From Candidatus Limnocylindrales bacterium (GTDB lineage: Bacteria; Chloroflexota; Limnocylindria; Limnocylindrales; CSP1-4): a stretch of DNA of 53,909 nt. The DNA lies in the NCBI GenBank assembly GCA_035701885.1, contig DASSRG010000143.1, positions 1 through 53,909 on the forward strand, read 5' to 3'. The position numbers and the translations under genes were made by a program. The notes below the pieces were generated by a model. The model ran no database searches. It was not told the origin of the DNA and saw only the letters and a list, made by a program, of their open reading frames with translations. This document shows, piece by piece, positions 1-7,385 of this stretch. Within the stretch, counting starts at the first letter, position 1, and every line of letters starts with the position of its first letter.

Positions 1-283
1 CAAGGCAGGGCTCGTGGCGATGACCAAGAACTTCGCCCGCAACTACGGGCCCGACGGCGTGACGGTCAACGCAGTCGCGCCCGGGGGCATCGACACGCCG
101 ATGGTCGCCGGCCAGGAGGTGGTGACGCCCGGGTTCCGCGAGCGGATCACGACCCAGATCCCGCTCCGGCGGTTCGCGGGACCGGAGGAGGTGGCGGCCG
201 TGGTCGCGTTCCTCGCCTCGGACGGCGCCTCGTTTGTCACCGGCGCGACCGTGGACGTGAACGGCGGCTGGGTGATGACCTAG
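1..283 (+). CDS. short-chain dehydrogenase/reductase (SDR), C-terminal fragment; 5' end outside window
   Basis: ORF 14..283 stays open to the window edge. It has an SDR C-terminal pattern (NAVAPGGIDTPM, ASFVTGATVDVNGGW) and strong GC3 codon bias. Confidence 0.8.
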   Translation, partial: KAGLVAMTKNFARNYGPDGVTVNAVAPGGIDTPMVAGQEVVTPGFRERITTQIPLRRFAGPEEVAAVVAFLASDGASFVTGATVDVNGGWVMT

Positions 284-322
284 GGCCGTCCCCGGGCCGG
301 TCACCAGCCGGTCGGCGCGACG

Positions 323-1864
323 CTATGCCGGTGCGGTCGCGGGTGCCGCGCCCGCGGGCTCGATCGAGTGGCGCTCGAGCCGCGTCACGGCCTTCGCGAG
401 CGCCTCGACATCCGGGTAGTTCATGACGATCAGCGGTGCGGACAGCCGCCCGTCCGAGACGACGTACGCGAGGTCGGCCGCCTCGAACACCTCCGGCACC
501 TCCGTGCAGTAGATGATCACGGCGTGGCCGTCCGACGCGTACTGGCGCATCAGCCGGTAGATCTCGCGCTTGGCACCGATGTCGACGCCACGCGTGGGCT
601 CCTCCAGGACGAGGACCTCCGGCCGGTTCACGATCGCCGCGGCGATGGCCACCTTCTGCTGGTTGCCGCCGGACAACGAGCGGATCGGCAGGTGGACCGA
701 GGCCGCCTTGACGCGGAACCGATCGCGCAGGTCGTGGGCGATCTCGAGCATCCGGCGGCGACGAAGCGCGCCGCCACGCGTGATCTCGCGGTTCAGCCGC
801 GCGACCATGTTGTCGCCGATCGACAGGTTGGAGAACAGGCTTGCCTGACGGTCCGCCGCGACGAGCCCCGTGGACGACAGGACCGTGCGGCTGCCGGTCC
901 GCCCGCCGATCTCGATGGTGCCCGTGCCCTTCTCGAACCCCGCGATCGACCGGACGAGCTCGCGCGCGCCCGACCCCTCCACGCCGACCATCGCGACGAT
1001 CTCGCCCACGCGCACGTGGAGCTCGATGTCCGAGAATTCGCCACCGGCGTGCGTCCAGCCTCGCAGCCGCAACGCCGTCGCCGCGTCGTCGCCCACCCGG
1101 ACCGTGATCTGCTCCTCCGGCTCGCGCGCAGCCTGGCCGGTGACCAGCCCCGCCGCGATGCCCTCCTGGGTCAGCGCGTCGCCCTCGAGGACGGTCGTGC
1201 ACAGCCCGTCGAGGATGAGCGCGACTCGATCGGCGTGCTCGGCGAGCTCCGCGATCCGGTGCGAGACGAGCAGCACCACGCGGCCCGCATCGGCGAGCAG
1301 GTGCATCCGCCGGAAGAGGTCCTGCGACTCCTCCTGGGTCAGCGCCGAGTTCGGCTCGTCGAACAGGAACACGGACGCGTCGCGGGCGAGTGCCCGTCCG
1401 ATCTCGACCCGCTGGTGGACGGCGAGCGGCACGTCGGCGAGCGGCTTGTCCGCGACGCCGAGGATCGCGAGGTCGGCGAGCAGCCGCTCCTCGTCGTCGG
1501 TGAGCCCTCGGGTCAGCGCCCGAGTCCCTTCCCGCCCGACCATCAGGTTCTCGGCCACCGTGAGGTTCGGGAAGAGCTGCGGCTCCTGGTGTACGACCGC
1601 CACCCGGTGGAAGTCCGTGGCGGTGTCCCAGGCCGCGTCGTCGAGCAGGATCTCGCCCTCGTTCGCGGCCGTCTCGCCGGCGAGGATCTTGATCAGCGTG
1701 CTCTTGCCTGCGCCGTTGGGGCCCGCGATGCCGAGGATCTCGCCCCGGCGGCCCTCGAGGTCGAGGCCGTCGAGCGCCCGCGTGTCGCCGTACCACTTGC
1801 GCAGGCCCCGGATCCGCAGGCCGCTCCGTGCGGTGGCCGCGACCTCGGCGAGGGCGCCGCTCAC
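323..1864 (-). CDS. sugar ABC transporter ATP-binding protein (CUT2 type, two fused NBDs)
   Basis: Start taken as GTG 1864 inside ORF 323..2599, because the upstream 245 codons are Arg/Gly/Pro-rich junk. GTGA overlap with the permease stop. Walker A GPNGAGKST; second-half signature LSGGNQQK and Walker B LVLEEPTRGVD. Confidence 0.9.
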   Translation of the reverse strand: MSGALAEVAATARSGLRIRGLRKWYGDTRALDGLDLEGRRGEILGIAGPNGAGKSTLIKILAGETAANEGEILLDDAAWDTATDFHRVAVVHQEPQLFPNLTVAENLMVGREGTRALTRGLTDDEERLLADLAILGVADKPLADVPLAVHQRVEIGRALARDASVFLFDEPNSALTQEESQDLFRRMHLLADAGRVVLLVSHRIAELAEHADRVALILDGLCTTVLEGDALTQEGIAAGLVTGQAAREPEEQITVRVGDDAATALRLRGWTHAGGEFSDIELHVRVGEIVAMVGVEGSGARELVRSIAGFEKGTGTIEIGGRTGSRTVLSSTGLVAADRQASLFSNLSIGDNMVARLNREITRGGALRRRRMLEIAHDLRDRFRVKAASVHLPIRSLSGGNQQKVAIAAAIVNRPEVLVLEEPTRGVDIGAKREIYRLMRQYASDGHAVIIYCTEVPEVFEAADLAYVVSDGRLSAPLIVMNYPDVEALAKAVTRLERHSIEPAGAAPATAPA

Positions 1865-2904
1865 CGGCGGAGCCTCTGGGTGAGCCGGTCGAGGACGACG
1901 GCGGCGATCGTGACCGCGCCGGACACGAAGTTCGACAGGTAGGCGCCGGCCGACAGCAGCGCGAGGCCGTTCGCGATCAGCGCGAGCAGCAGCGCGCCGC
2001 TGAGAGTCCCGATCGCAGACCCCCGACCGCCCGACAGGCTCGCCCCGCCGATGATCACCGCGGCGAACACCGGGAACGTGAGGCTGACGCCCGCGTTGGG
2101 CTGGACCGAGCCGATGAACGCGAAGTCGAGCGTCGCCGCGAGCGTCGCCAGGATCGAGCACAGCATGAACGCGGCGAACTTGTACTTCGTGATCGGGAGG
2201 CGGGCGAGCTCCGCCGCGACCGGGTTGCCGCCGATCGCCTTGAGCCGGAACCCGAACAGCGACCGGCTGAGCAGGAACCCGATCACGAGGGCGACACCCG
2301 CCATCCACAGCGCCTGCATGGGGACGCCGAACGGCAGCTGCTGGTTGGACAGGCCGAAGAACCAGGCGATCTCGGCCGGCGGCACGACCTTGCCCACCGG
2401 CGGGTACGAGGGGTTGATCGTGGCCGTGTTCGAGACGAGCAGCGTCGTGCCGAACACGAGCTGCCCCACGCCGAGCGTCACGATGAACGATGGGATCTTG
2501 ACCAGCGTCACCAGCAGCGCGTTGACCGCCCCGATTCCGGCCGCCGCGAGGAACGCGAGGATGATGGCGGCCCAGATCGGCCACCCCCACACGACCCACG
2601 CGACCCCGATCAGGATCGACGCGAGGCCGTACACGTACCCGAACGAGAGGTCGATCTCGCCGACGACGATCACCAGCGTCAGCCCGAGCGCGACGATCGC
2701 GATCGTGCTCATCGAGCGCATGACGCCGAGCGCGTTGGTGATCGTGAAGAAGGTGTTCGGCTTCGCGATCACCGTGAACACGATGATCACGACGGCGATC
2801 GCGATGACGATGCCACCCACCCGGAGGCCCGCCGCGAGCGCGCGGTTGGACATGGCGGCGGGTGACGCCGCACCCTGGCGGACCGCGCCCTGGTTGTCGG
2901 TCAT
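1861..2904 (-). CDS. ABC transporter permease (RbsC/AraH-like, CUT2)
   Basis: 347 aa with about 10 hydrophobic segments. Motifs VGEIDLSFGYVYG and IIGGASLSGGRGSAIG are shared with the three other permeases in the window. AAGGAG lies upstream of ATG 2904. Confidence 0.9.
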   Translation of the reverse strand: MTDNQGAVRQGAASPAAMSNRALAAGLRVGGIVIAIAVVIIVFTVIAKPNTFFTITNALGVMRSMSTIAIVALGLTLVIVVGEIDLSFGYVYGLASILIGVAWVVWGWPIWAAIILAFLAAAGIGAVNALLVTLVKIPSFIVTLGVGQLVFGTTLLVSNTATINPSYPPVGKVVPPAEIAWFFGLSNQQLPFGVPMQALWMAGVALVIGFLLSRSLFGFRLKAIGGNPVAAELARLPITKYKFAAFMLCSILATLAATLDFAFIGSVQPNAGVSLTFPVFAAVIIGGASLSGGRGSAIGTLSGALLLALIANGLALLSAGAYLSNFVSGAVTIAAVVLDRLTQRLRR

Positions 2905-2977
2905 CCCGGGAATGCTCCTTGTTCGGGGGATGGGGACGGTCGGGCGCGCCGGTGGTGGCTCGCCCCTCGCGCGGTCG

Positions 2978-3730
2978 TCAGGACGACATGATGTAGCCGC
3001 CGTCGACGTAGATCGTCTGACCGGTCAGGTAGGCCGCCGTGTCGGACAGCATCCACGCGACGACGCCGGCCATCTCCTCCGGCGGCGCGGACCGCTTGAG
3101 CGGGACGAGCTTCAGCCGCTCCTGGCTCAGCTCCTCGTAGGTCTGGCCGCGCAGCGCCGATGCCTCGCGCAGCACGGTCTCCTGCATCGGGGTGTCGGTG
3201 ATGCCGGGTGAGATCGCGTTGACGCGGACCTTGCGCGGCGCGTGCGCGACCGCGAAGGTGCGCGTGGCGCCCTGGATCGCGGTCTTCGTCGCGCTGTACG
3301 GGGCGGTCTCCAGCGTGTAGGCCCAGCGGGCCGACGGCGAGGAGAAGTTGACGATCGCGCCACCCTCGACGAGGCGCCGGCCGACGTCCCGGCACAGGAA
3401 CCAGGTGGACTCGAGGTTGACGGCGAAGATCCGCCGGAAGTCCGCCTGCGTGACGTCCCAGATCGGCTTGAGGCCGAGGATCCCGGCCGCGTTGACGAGG
3501 TAGTGCGTCGGGTTGGCCTCGGCAAGCGCGACGACCGGCGCCCGCCCGGACTCGTCGCTGAGGTCCGTGGCGAGGATCTCCGCCCTGGCCGCCCGCGCCT
3601 CCTCGAGGCCGGCCTCGTTGACGTCGACCGCGGTCACGATCGCCCCCTCGCCCAGGAGGTGGAGCGCGACCGCCTTGCCGATGCCGCTCGACGCACCCGT
3701 GACGATGGCGCGCCGTCCTTCGAAGCTCAT
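2978..3730 (-). CDS. SDR family oxidoreductase
   Basis: ATG 3730 inside ORF 2978..4831. Cofactor motif VTGASSGIGKA and catalytic YSATK. ATGA overlap with the upstream Cys-rich gene. Closest in-window paralogue is 9349..10119 (shared LVNAAGIL..KPIWDV). Confidence 0.9.
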   Translation of the reverse strand: MSFEGRRAIVTGASSGIGKAVALHLLGEGAIVTAVDVNEAGLEEARAARAEILATDLSDESGRAPVVALAEANPTHYLVNAAGILGLKPIWDVTQADFRRIFAVNLESTWFLCRDVGRRLVEGGAIVNFSSPSARWAYTLETAPYSATKTAIQGATRTFAVAHAPRKVRVNAISPGITDTPMQETVLREASALRGQTYEELSQERLKLVPLKRSAPPEEMAGVVAWMLSDTAAYLTGQTIYVDGGYIMSS

Positions 3731-4848
3731 GCCGATGCCTCTCCCTGCTGCTGGGCCCCGGGCTGGATGACCGGGAGCTGCGGCTTCGTCCGCCCGATCC
3801 GCTCGTACTCCCGCTCCGGGATCGCCTCGAGCGTCTTCCAGACGGTCCACTGGCACTTGCGGTTGGTCGCCTCGTCGTCGGGGCCGCGCCACAGCGGCGG
3901 GTCGACGGTCCGGACGGGGTGGCCCCAGCGTTCGGCGGGGATCGTCGACAGCGCGATGTTGCAGTGCGCGCAGTAATGGCAGACGCCGGTCTCGCCCCAC
4001 GTCCACGGGTAGGCGTTCTCGAGGACGCCGAAGTCGTACGGGGCGAGGACGCGCGAGCCGGTTCCCTCGATCGGGTCGCCGCGCAGGATCCGGCCGCCGG
4101 AGCCGCACGGGTCGAACCGGATCAGCCAGCGGTCCTCCTCCTCGACCAGCTCGATGTCGCCGCGGCGGCCCGGCCCCACGAGGTGGCCGCGCATCGCCTC
4201 GAGGCTGATGTACAGGTTCCGGTCCAGCGTGTCCTCGTACGGGGTCTTGTTGGTGTCGAACACCATGTACCGCTCCTGGAGGTACGGCTCCATGATCGCG
4301 CGGTAGCAGGTCTCGAGGGCGGGCTCGCCGAAGCGCTTCACGACGTAGGCGAGGATCCCGGCCATCAGGTCCGCGGAGCGGTCGTGGAGGCGGCGCCAGT
4401 CCTCGGTGATGCCGTCGAGCTCCGCCCGGGCGGCCGCGACGGGCAGGTCGTAGCTCCGGATCCCGTTCGCGAGGCGGCCGGCGCGGAGACCCAGCGCGTC
4501 CCAGCGCGCCTCGCGGTCGAGCGGCTGACCGTCCGGGTACGCGAGGAGCCGGCGCAGCCGATCGACCTCCGCGTCGAGCTCCTCGTCCGTGACCCCCTGT
4601 GCGCGCAGCCAGTCGACGAAGCCCGCCGTCCACACCTTGTAGATGACGTAGACGACCTTCGCCTCCTCCATGAAGTAGTCGACGAGCTGGGCGGCGTTCT
4701 CCCGCCGCCCGGCGGCCAGCCCGAAGTCGTCGCCCGCGGCCTCGAGCTCCTCCTCGATCCTGGTGACCGTCGAGATCGCCTGGTCGGCCCAGTCGCCGCT
4801 CCGGACGCGCTTGCCGATCGCGTCCGACCACTCGAGATGCGTTGCCAT
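3727..4848 (-). CDS. conserved hypothetical Cys-rich protein (373 aa), family not recognised
   Basis: ATG 4848 (MATHLEWSD) preceded by GAGGAG; the upstream part of ORF 3727..5082 is junk. Strong GC3 bias. Paralogue at 28059..29174 shares the blocks EAMRGHLVGP, RFDPCGSG, GVC.YCAHC, DPP, KCQW and GRTKP. Confidence 0.8.
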   Translation of the reverse strand: MATHLEWSDAIGKRVRSGDWADQAISTVTRIEEELEAAGDDFGLAAGRRENAAQLVDYFMEEAKVVYVIYKVWTAGFVDWLRAQGVTDEELDAEVDRLRRLLAYPDGQPLDREARWDALGLRAGRLANGIRSYDLPVAAARAELDGITEDWRRLHDRSADLMAGILAYVVKRFGEPALETCYRAIMEPYLQERYMVFDTNKTPYEDTLDRNLYISLEAMRGHLVGPGRRGDIELVEEEDRWLIRFDPCGSGGRILRGDPIEGTGSRVLAPYDFGVLENAYPWTWGETGVCHYCAHCNIALSTIPAERWGHPVRTVDPPLWRGPDDEATNRKCQWTVWKTLEAIPEREYERIGRTKPQLPVIQPGAQQQGEASA

Positions 4849-4931
4849 CCGGACTCCTCGGGCTTCGGGAACGACGTCGGGCCGGGGCGAGGCGTGTCCT
4901 CGCACCCGGCCCGAGCGCAGTTCGCGACGGG

Positions 4932-6083
4932 TCAGCTGCCGGCGATCTTCATGAACTCCTCGCGTGCCGCGGCGGAGTTCTCCTTGGTCACCGGCTTCAG
5001 CTCCTGGCTGTTCGGCAGGACCGTGCCGTCCTTGAGCAGGTTCGCGCAGGCCAGGGCGCCGAAGCCCGCCTGCTCGCCCCACTGCTGGTCGAGCGCGACG
5101 ATCTGGGTGCCGGCGTCGATCGCGTCGAGCTGCCCGACCGAGAGGTTCCAGCCGAACGCGTACATCTTGCCGGTGTTGCCGGAGTCCGCGATCGCGCGGG
5201 CGGCGTGCTCGGCGGAGATGTCGACGTTCTCGATGACCTGGACGTCGGGGTTGCCCTGGATGAACGCCTTGTACGCGTCGTACGCGCTGGCCGGGTCGTA
5301 GGTCACGTTGAGCGCGGTGCTGGCGTCGTTGACGAACTTCGCGTCCGGGATCGCCTCCTTGATCCCGTCGATGAACCCCTGCATCCGGCCCTGGGCCCAG
5401 TTCTGGGTCGGGTCGCCGCCGGAGACCGCGAAGGTCTTGAAGTCGAGGTTGTTCTTCTTCATGTAGTCGACGATGATCCCGGCCGCCTGGCGGCCCTCCT
5501 TCGTCGAGATCTGGGTGAAGTTCGTGAACTCGTTGCCGTTCGACTCCACGCCGACGGTGAACACCGGGATGCCCGTCGCCATGATGTCGTTCACGATCTT
5601 GGTGAACGCGTCGGTGCCGGTCGACTGGACCGAGAGGCAGTCGATCTGGTCGGCCTTGAACAGCGCGTCGATCTGCGCGATCTGCTCGTTGATGTCCTGG
5701 ACCGCGGACGACGGCGCGATCGCCTGGCCGTTCATCGGCAGGATCTTCTGCGCCTCGGGCAGCGTCCGCTCGTAGCCTGCCTTGTACTGCGGCGAGAACA
5801 GCGGGATGGCCGTGGAGCCGTACGAGAAGACGTAGTTGATGGGCTCGCCCTTGGCGAGCTTGTCGGCGACGCGCGGGTTCAGCGTGAACGTCGAACCGTC
5901 CTTCAGGGTGCCGGTGTACGGCAGGCCCTCCGCGGCCGGCGAGCCGCTCGCGCTCGACTCCGACGGGGCGGCGCTGGGCGCCGCGCTGGGGGCGGTCGTG
6001 GCCGGCGCCGCGCCGCCGCAGGCCGCCACGAGCAACGAGGCCGCAGCGGCCAGGGTGACCGCCCCTCGAGAACCGATCCGCAT
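4932..6083 (-). CDS. sugar ABC transporter substrate-binding lipoprotein
   Basis: ATG 6083 (MRIGSRGAVTLAAAASLLVAACGG) with GAGGAGG SD. Signal peptide plus lipobox LVAAC, followed by an Ala/Pro/Ser linker. The body resembles a type I periplasmic sugar-binding protein. Confidence 0.85.
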   Translation of the reverse strand: MRIGSRGAVTLAAAASLLVAACGGAAPATTAPSAAPSAAPSESSASGSPAAEGLPYTGTLKDGSTFTLNPRVADKLAKGEPINYVFSYGSTAIPLFSPQYKAGYERTLPEAQKILPMNGQAIAPSSAVQDINEQIAQIDALFKADQIDCLSVQSTGTDAFTKIVNDIMATGIPVFTVGVESNGNEFTNFTQISTKEGRQAAGIIVDYMKKNNLDFKTFAVSGGDPTQNWAQGRMQGFIDGIKEAIPDAKFVNDASTALNVTYDPASAYDAYKAFIQGNPDVQVIENVDISAEHAARAIADSGNTGKMYAFGWNLSVGQLDAIDAGTQIVALDQQWGEQAGFGALACANLLKDGTVLPNSQELKPVTKENSAAAREEFMKIAGS

Positions 6084-6131
6084 CGTGTGCTCCTCCTCAC
6101 GAACCCCGGTGCCGGTGACGGCCGGGGCGTC

Positions 6132-6161
6132 AGTATCGTTTCCAGCGAGAGTCGATGTCAA
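6132..6161 (-). promoter_or_regulatory. candidate promoter of the SBP / Cys-rich / SDR / permease / ATPase operon
   Basis: The minus strand reads TTGACA (6161..6156), an 18-nt spacer, then GATACT (6137..6132), about 45 nt upstream of ATG 6083. The spacer contains CGCTGGAAACG. Confidence 0.35.
6134..6147. promoter_or_regulatory. LacI-type operator-like site (TATCGTTTCCAGCG)
   Basis: This 14-mer is identical to 16027..16040. It lies in the divergent LacI/ABC intergenic region. A second related site, TTACTGGAAA, sits at 6164..6173. Confidence 0.45.
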
Positions 6162-6315
6162 CGTTACTGGAAAGGATTGCGTCCTTCACGCGAACCAGTA
6201 CCGCACGCCGTCCCCGCGGCCTTGATTTCTGGACGAATCGGGGCCAACACGCTGTGGTACCGTCCGCTGAAATCGTTGCTGGAACGGCGCGATGACATGC
6301 CCGGGAGGGAGGCAG

Positions 6316-7362
6316 ATGCCCGACGACGTGGGGGGAGCCGTCCGCCGACGGCGGGCGAGCATGCGCGAGGTCGCGGAGCTCGCGGACGTCGCCATCTCAT
6401 CGGTGTCACGGGTCCTGTCGGGACATCCCGACGTGAGCTCCGAGATGAAGGAGCGGGTCCTCGACGCAGTCGCGCAGCTCGAGTACGAGCCCGACTTCCT
6501 CGCCCAGAGCCTCCGCCGCGGTCAGACGCTGTCGGTCGGGTTCGTCCTGGCCGACATCTCGAACCCGCTGATGGCGGATATCGTCCTGGGGGCGGAGGCG
6601 GAGATGCGGGGGGCCGGCTACTCGCTCCTGCTCATGAACTCCGAGAACGACCCGGCACTCGACGCCGCCCACATCCGGTTCTTCCAGAGCCGCCGGGTGG
6701 ACGGGATGATCCTGTCCCTCGCCAGCGAGACGCACTCGCCCACCGTGGAGGCGATCGAGGCCGCCAACGTCCCGGTCGCCCTGGTCGATCGCGAGCTGCC
6801 CGACGGCATCGGGGCGAGCGCGGTGTTCAACGACCACACCGCGGGCATGGAGGCGGCCGTGCGCCACCTGATCGGCCTGGGGCATCGCCGGATCGCGCTG
6901 ATCACCGGGTCCGTCGAGCAGCTCCCCGGCCGGCAGCGGATCAAGGGCATGCAGAACGTGATCGCCGAGACCAACGGCGCCGTCGAGGGGGTGTATCTCC
7001 CCGGCTCGTTCTCGCGTGAGCACGGGGAGGTCGCCGCCCGGTCGCTGCTCGCCGGCCCGAACCGGCCCACCGCGATCATCGCCGGCGGGAACCAGCTGCT
7101 CATCGGCTGCCTGCGCGTCCTGAACGAATCGGGGCTCCGGGTCCCCGACGACGTCTCGCTCGTCACCTGCGACGACGTGCCGCTGAGCGAGCTCTACCGG
7201 CCGCCGATCGCGACGATCACCCGCGACACGGTGGGGCTCGGCCGGACGGCCGCGGACCTGCTGCTGCGACGGCTCGGCGAGCACCCCGGTCCGCCCGAGA
7301 CCGTCGTGCTCGCGACGGTGTTCACGCCGCGCGGGTCGGTGGCGGCGCCCCAGCGCGCCTGA
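6316..7362 (+). CDS. LacI family transcriptional regulator
   Basis: N-terminal HTH MREVAELADVAISSVSRVLSG plus a sugar-binding core. ATG 6316 is preferred (GGGAGGGAGG just upstream); the ORF track start 6292 is the alternative. Divergent from the ABC operon. Confidence 0.85.
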   Translation: MPDDVGGAVRRRRASMREVAELADVAISSVSRVLSGHPDVSSEMKERVLDAVAQLEYEPDFLAQSLRRGQTLSVGFVLADISNPLMADIVLGAEAEMRGAGYSLLLMNSENDPALDAAHIRFFQSRRVDGMILSLASETHSPTVEAIEAANVPVALVDRELPDGIGASAVFNDHTAGMEAAVRHLIGLGHRRIALITGSVEQLPGRQRIKGMQNVIAETNGAVEGVYLPGSFSREHGEVAARSLLAGPNRPTAIIAGGNQLLIGCLRVLNESGLRVPDDVSLVTCDDVPLSELYRPPIATITRDTVGLGRTAADLLLRRLGEHPGPPETVVLATVFTPRGSVAAPQRA

Positions 7363-7385
7363 TCGATCGCCGCCCGCGCCCTCGA

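Noticed and set aside
237-1942. Long ORFs 237..1796 (-, 519 aa) and 368..1942 (+, 524 aa) overlapping the ABC ATPase gene
   Set aside because: The translations are dominated by Arg/Pro/Gly/Asp runs with no motifs. These are typical alternative-frame or antisense open frames in very GC-rich DNA. The ATPase frame has clear Walker and signature motifs.
2978-4831. N-terminally extended track ORFs that fuse two genes or add long leaders (2978..4831, 323..2599, 21298..22779, 32799..34307, 33359..35383, 39482..41551, 48777..50000, 52472..53317, 22793..24628, 25510..26643)
   Set aside because: The extensions are Arg/Gly/Pro-rich and overlap the preceding gene in another frame. In each case an internal ATG or GTG at or near the preceding stop codon, often with an SD, gives a protein of family-typical length.
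4842-7019. 725-aa plus-strand ORF spanning the SBP gene (antisense) and part of the LacI gene (out of frame)
   Set aside because: Composition is Arg/Gly/Asp/Leu-rich and low in complexity. It conflicts with two well-supported genes that have SD sequences and recognisable domains.
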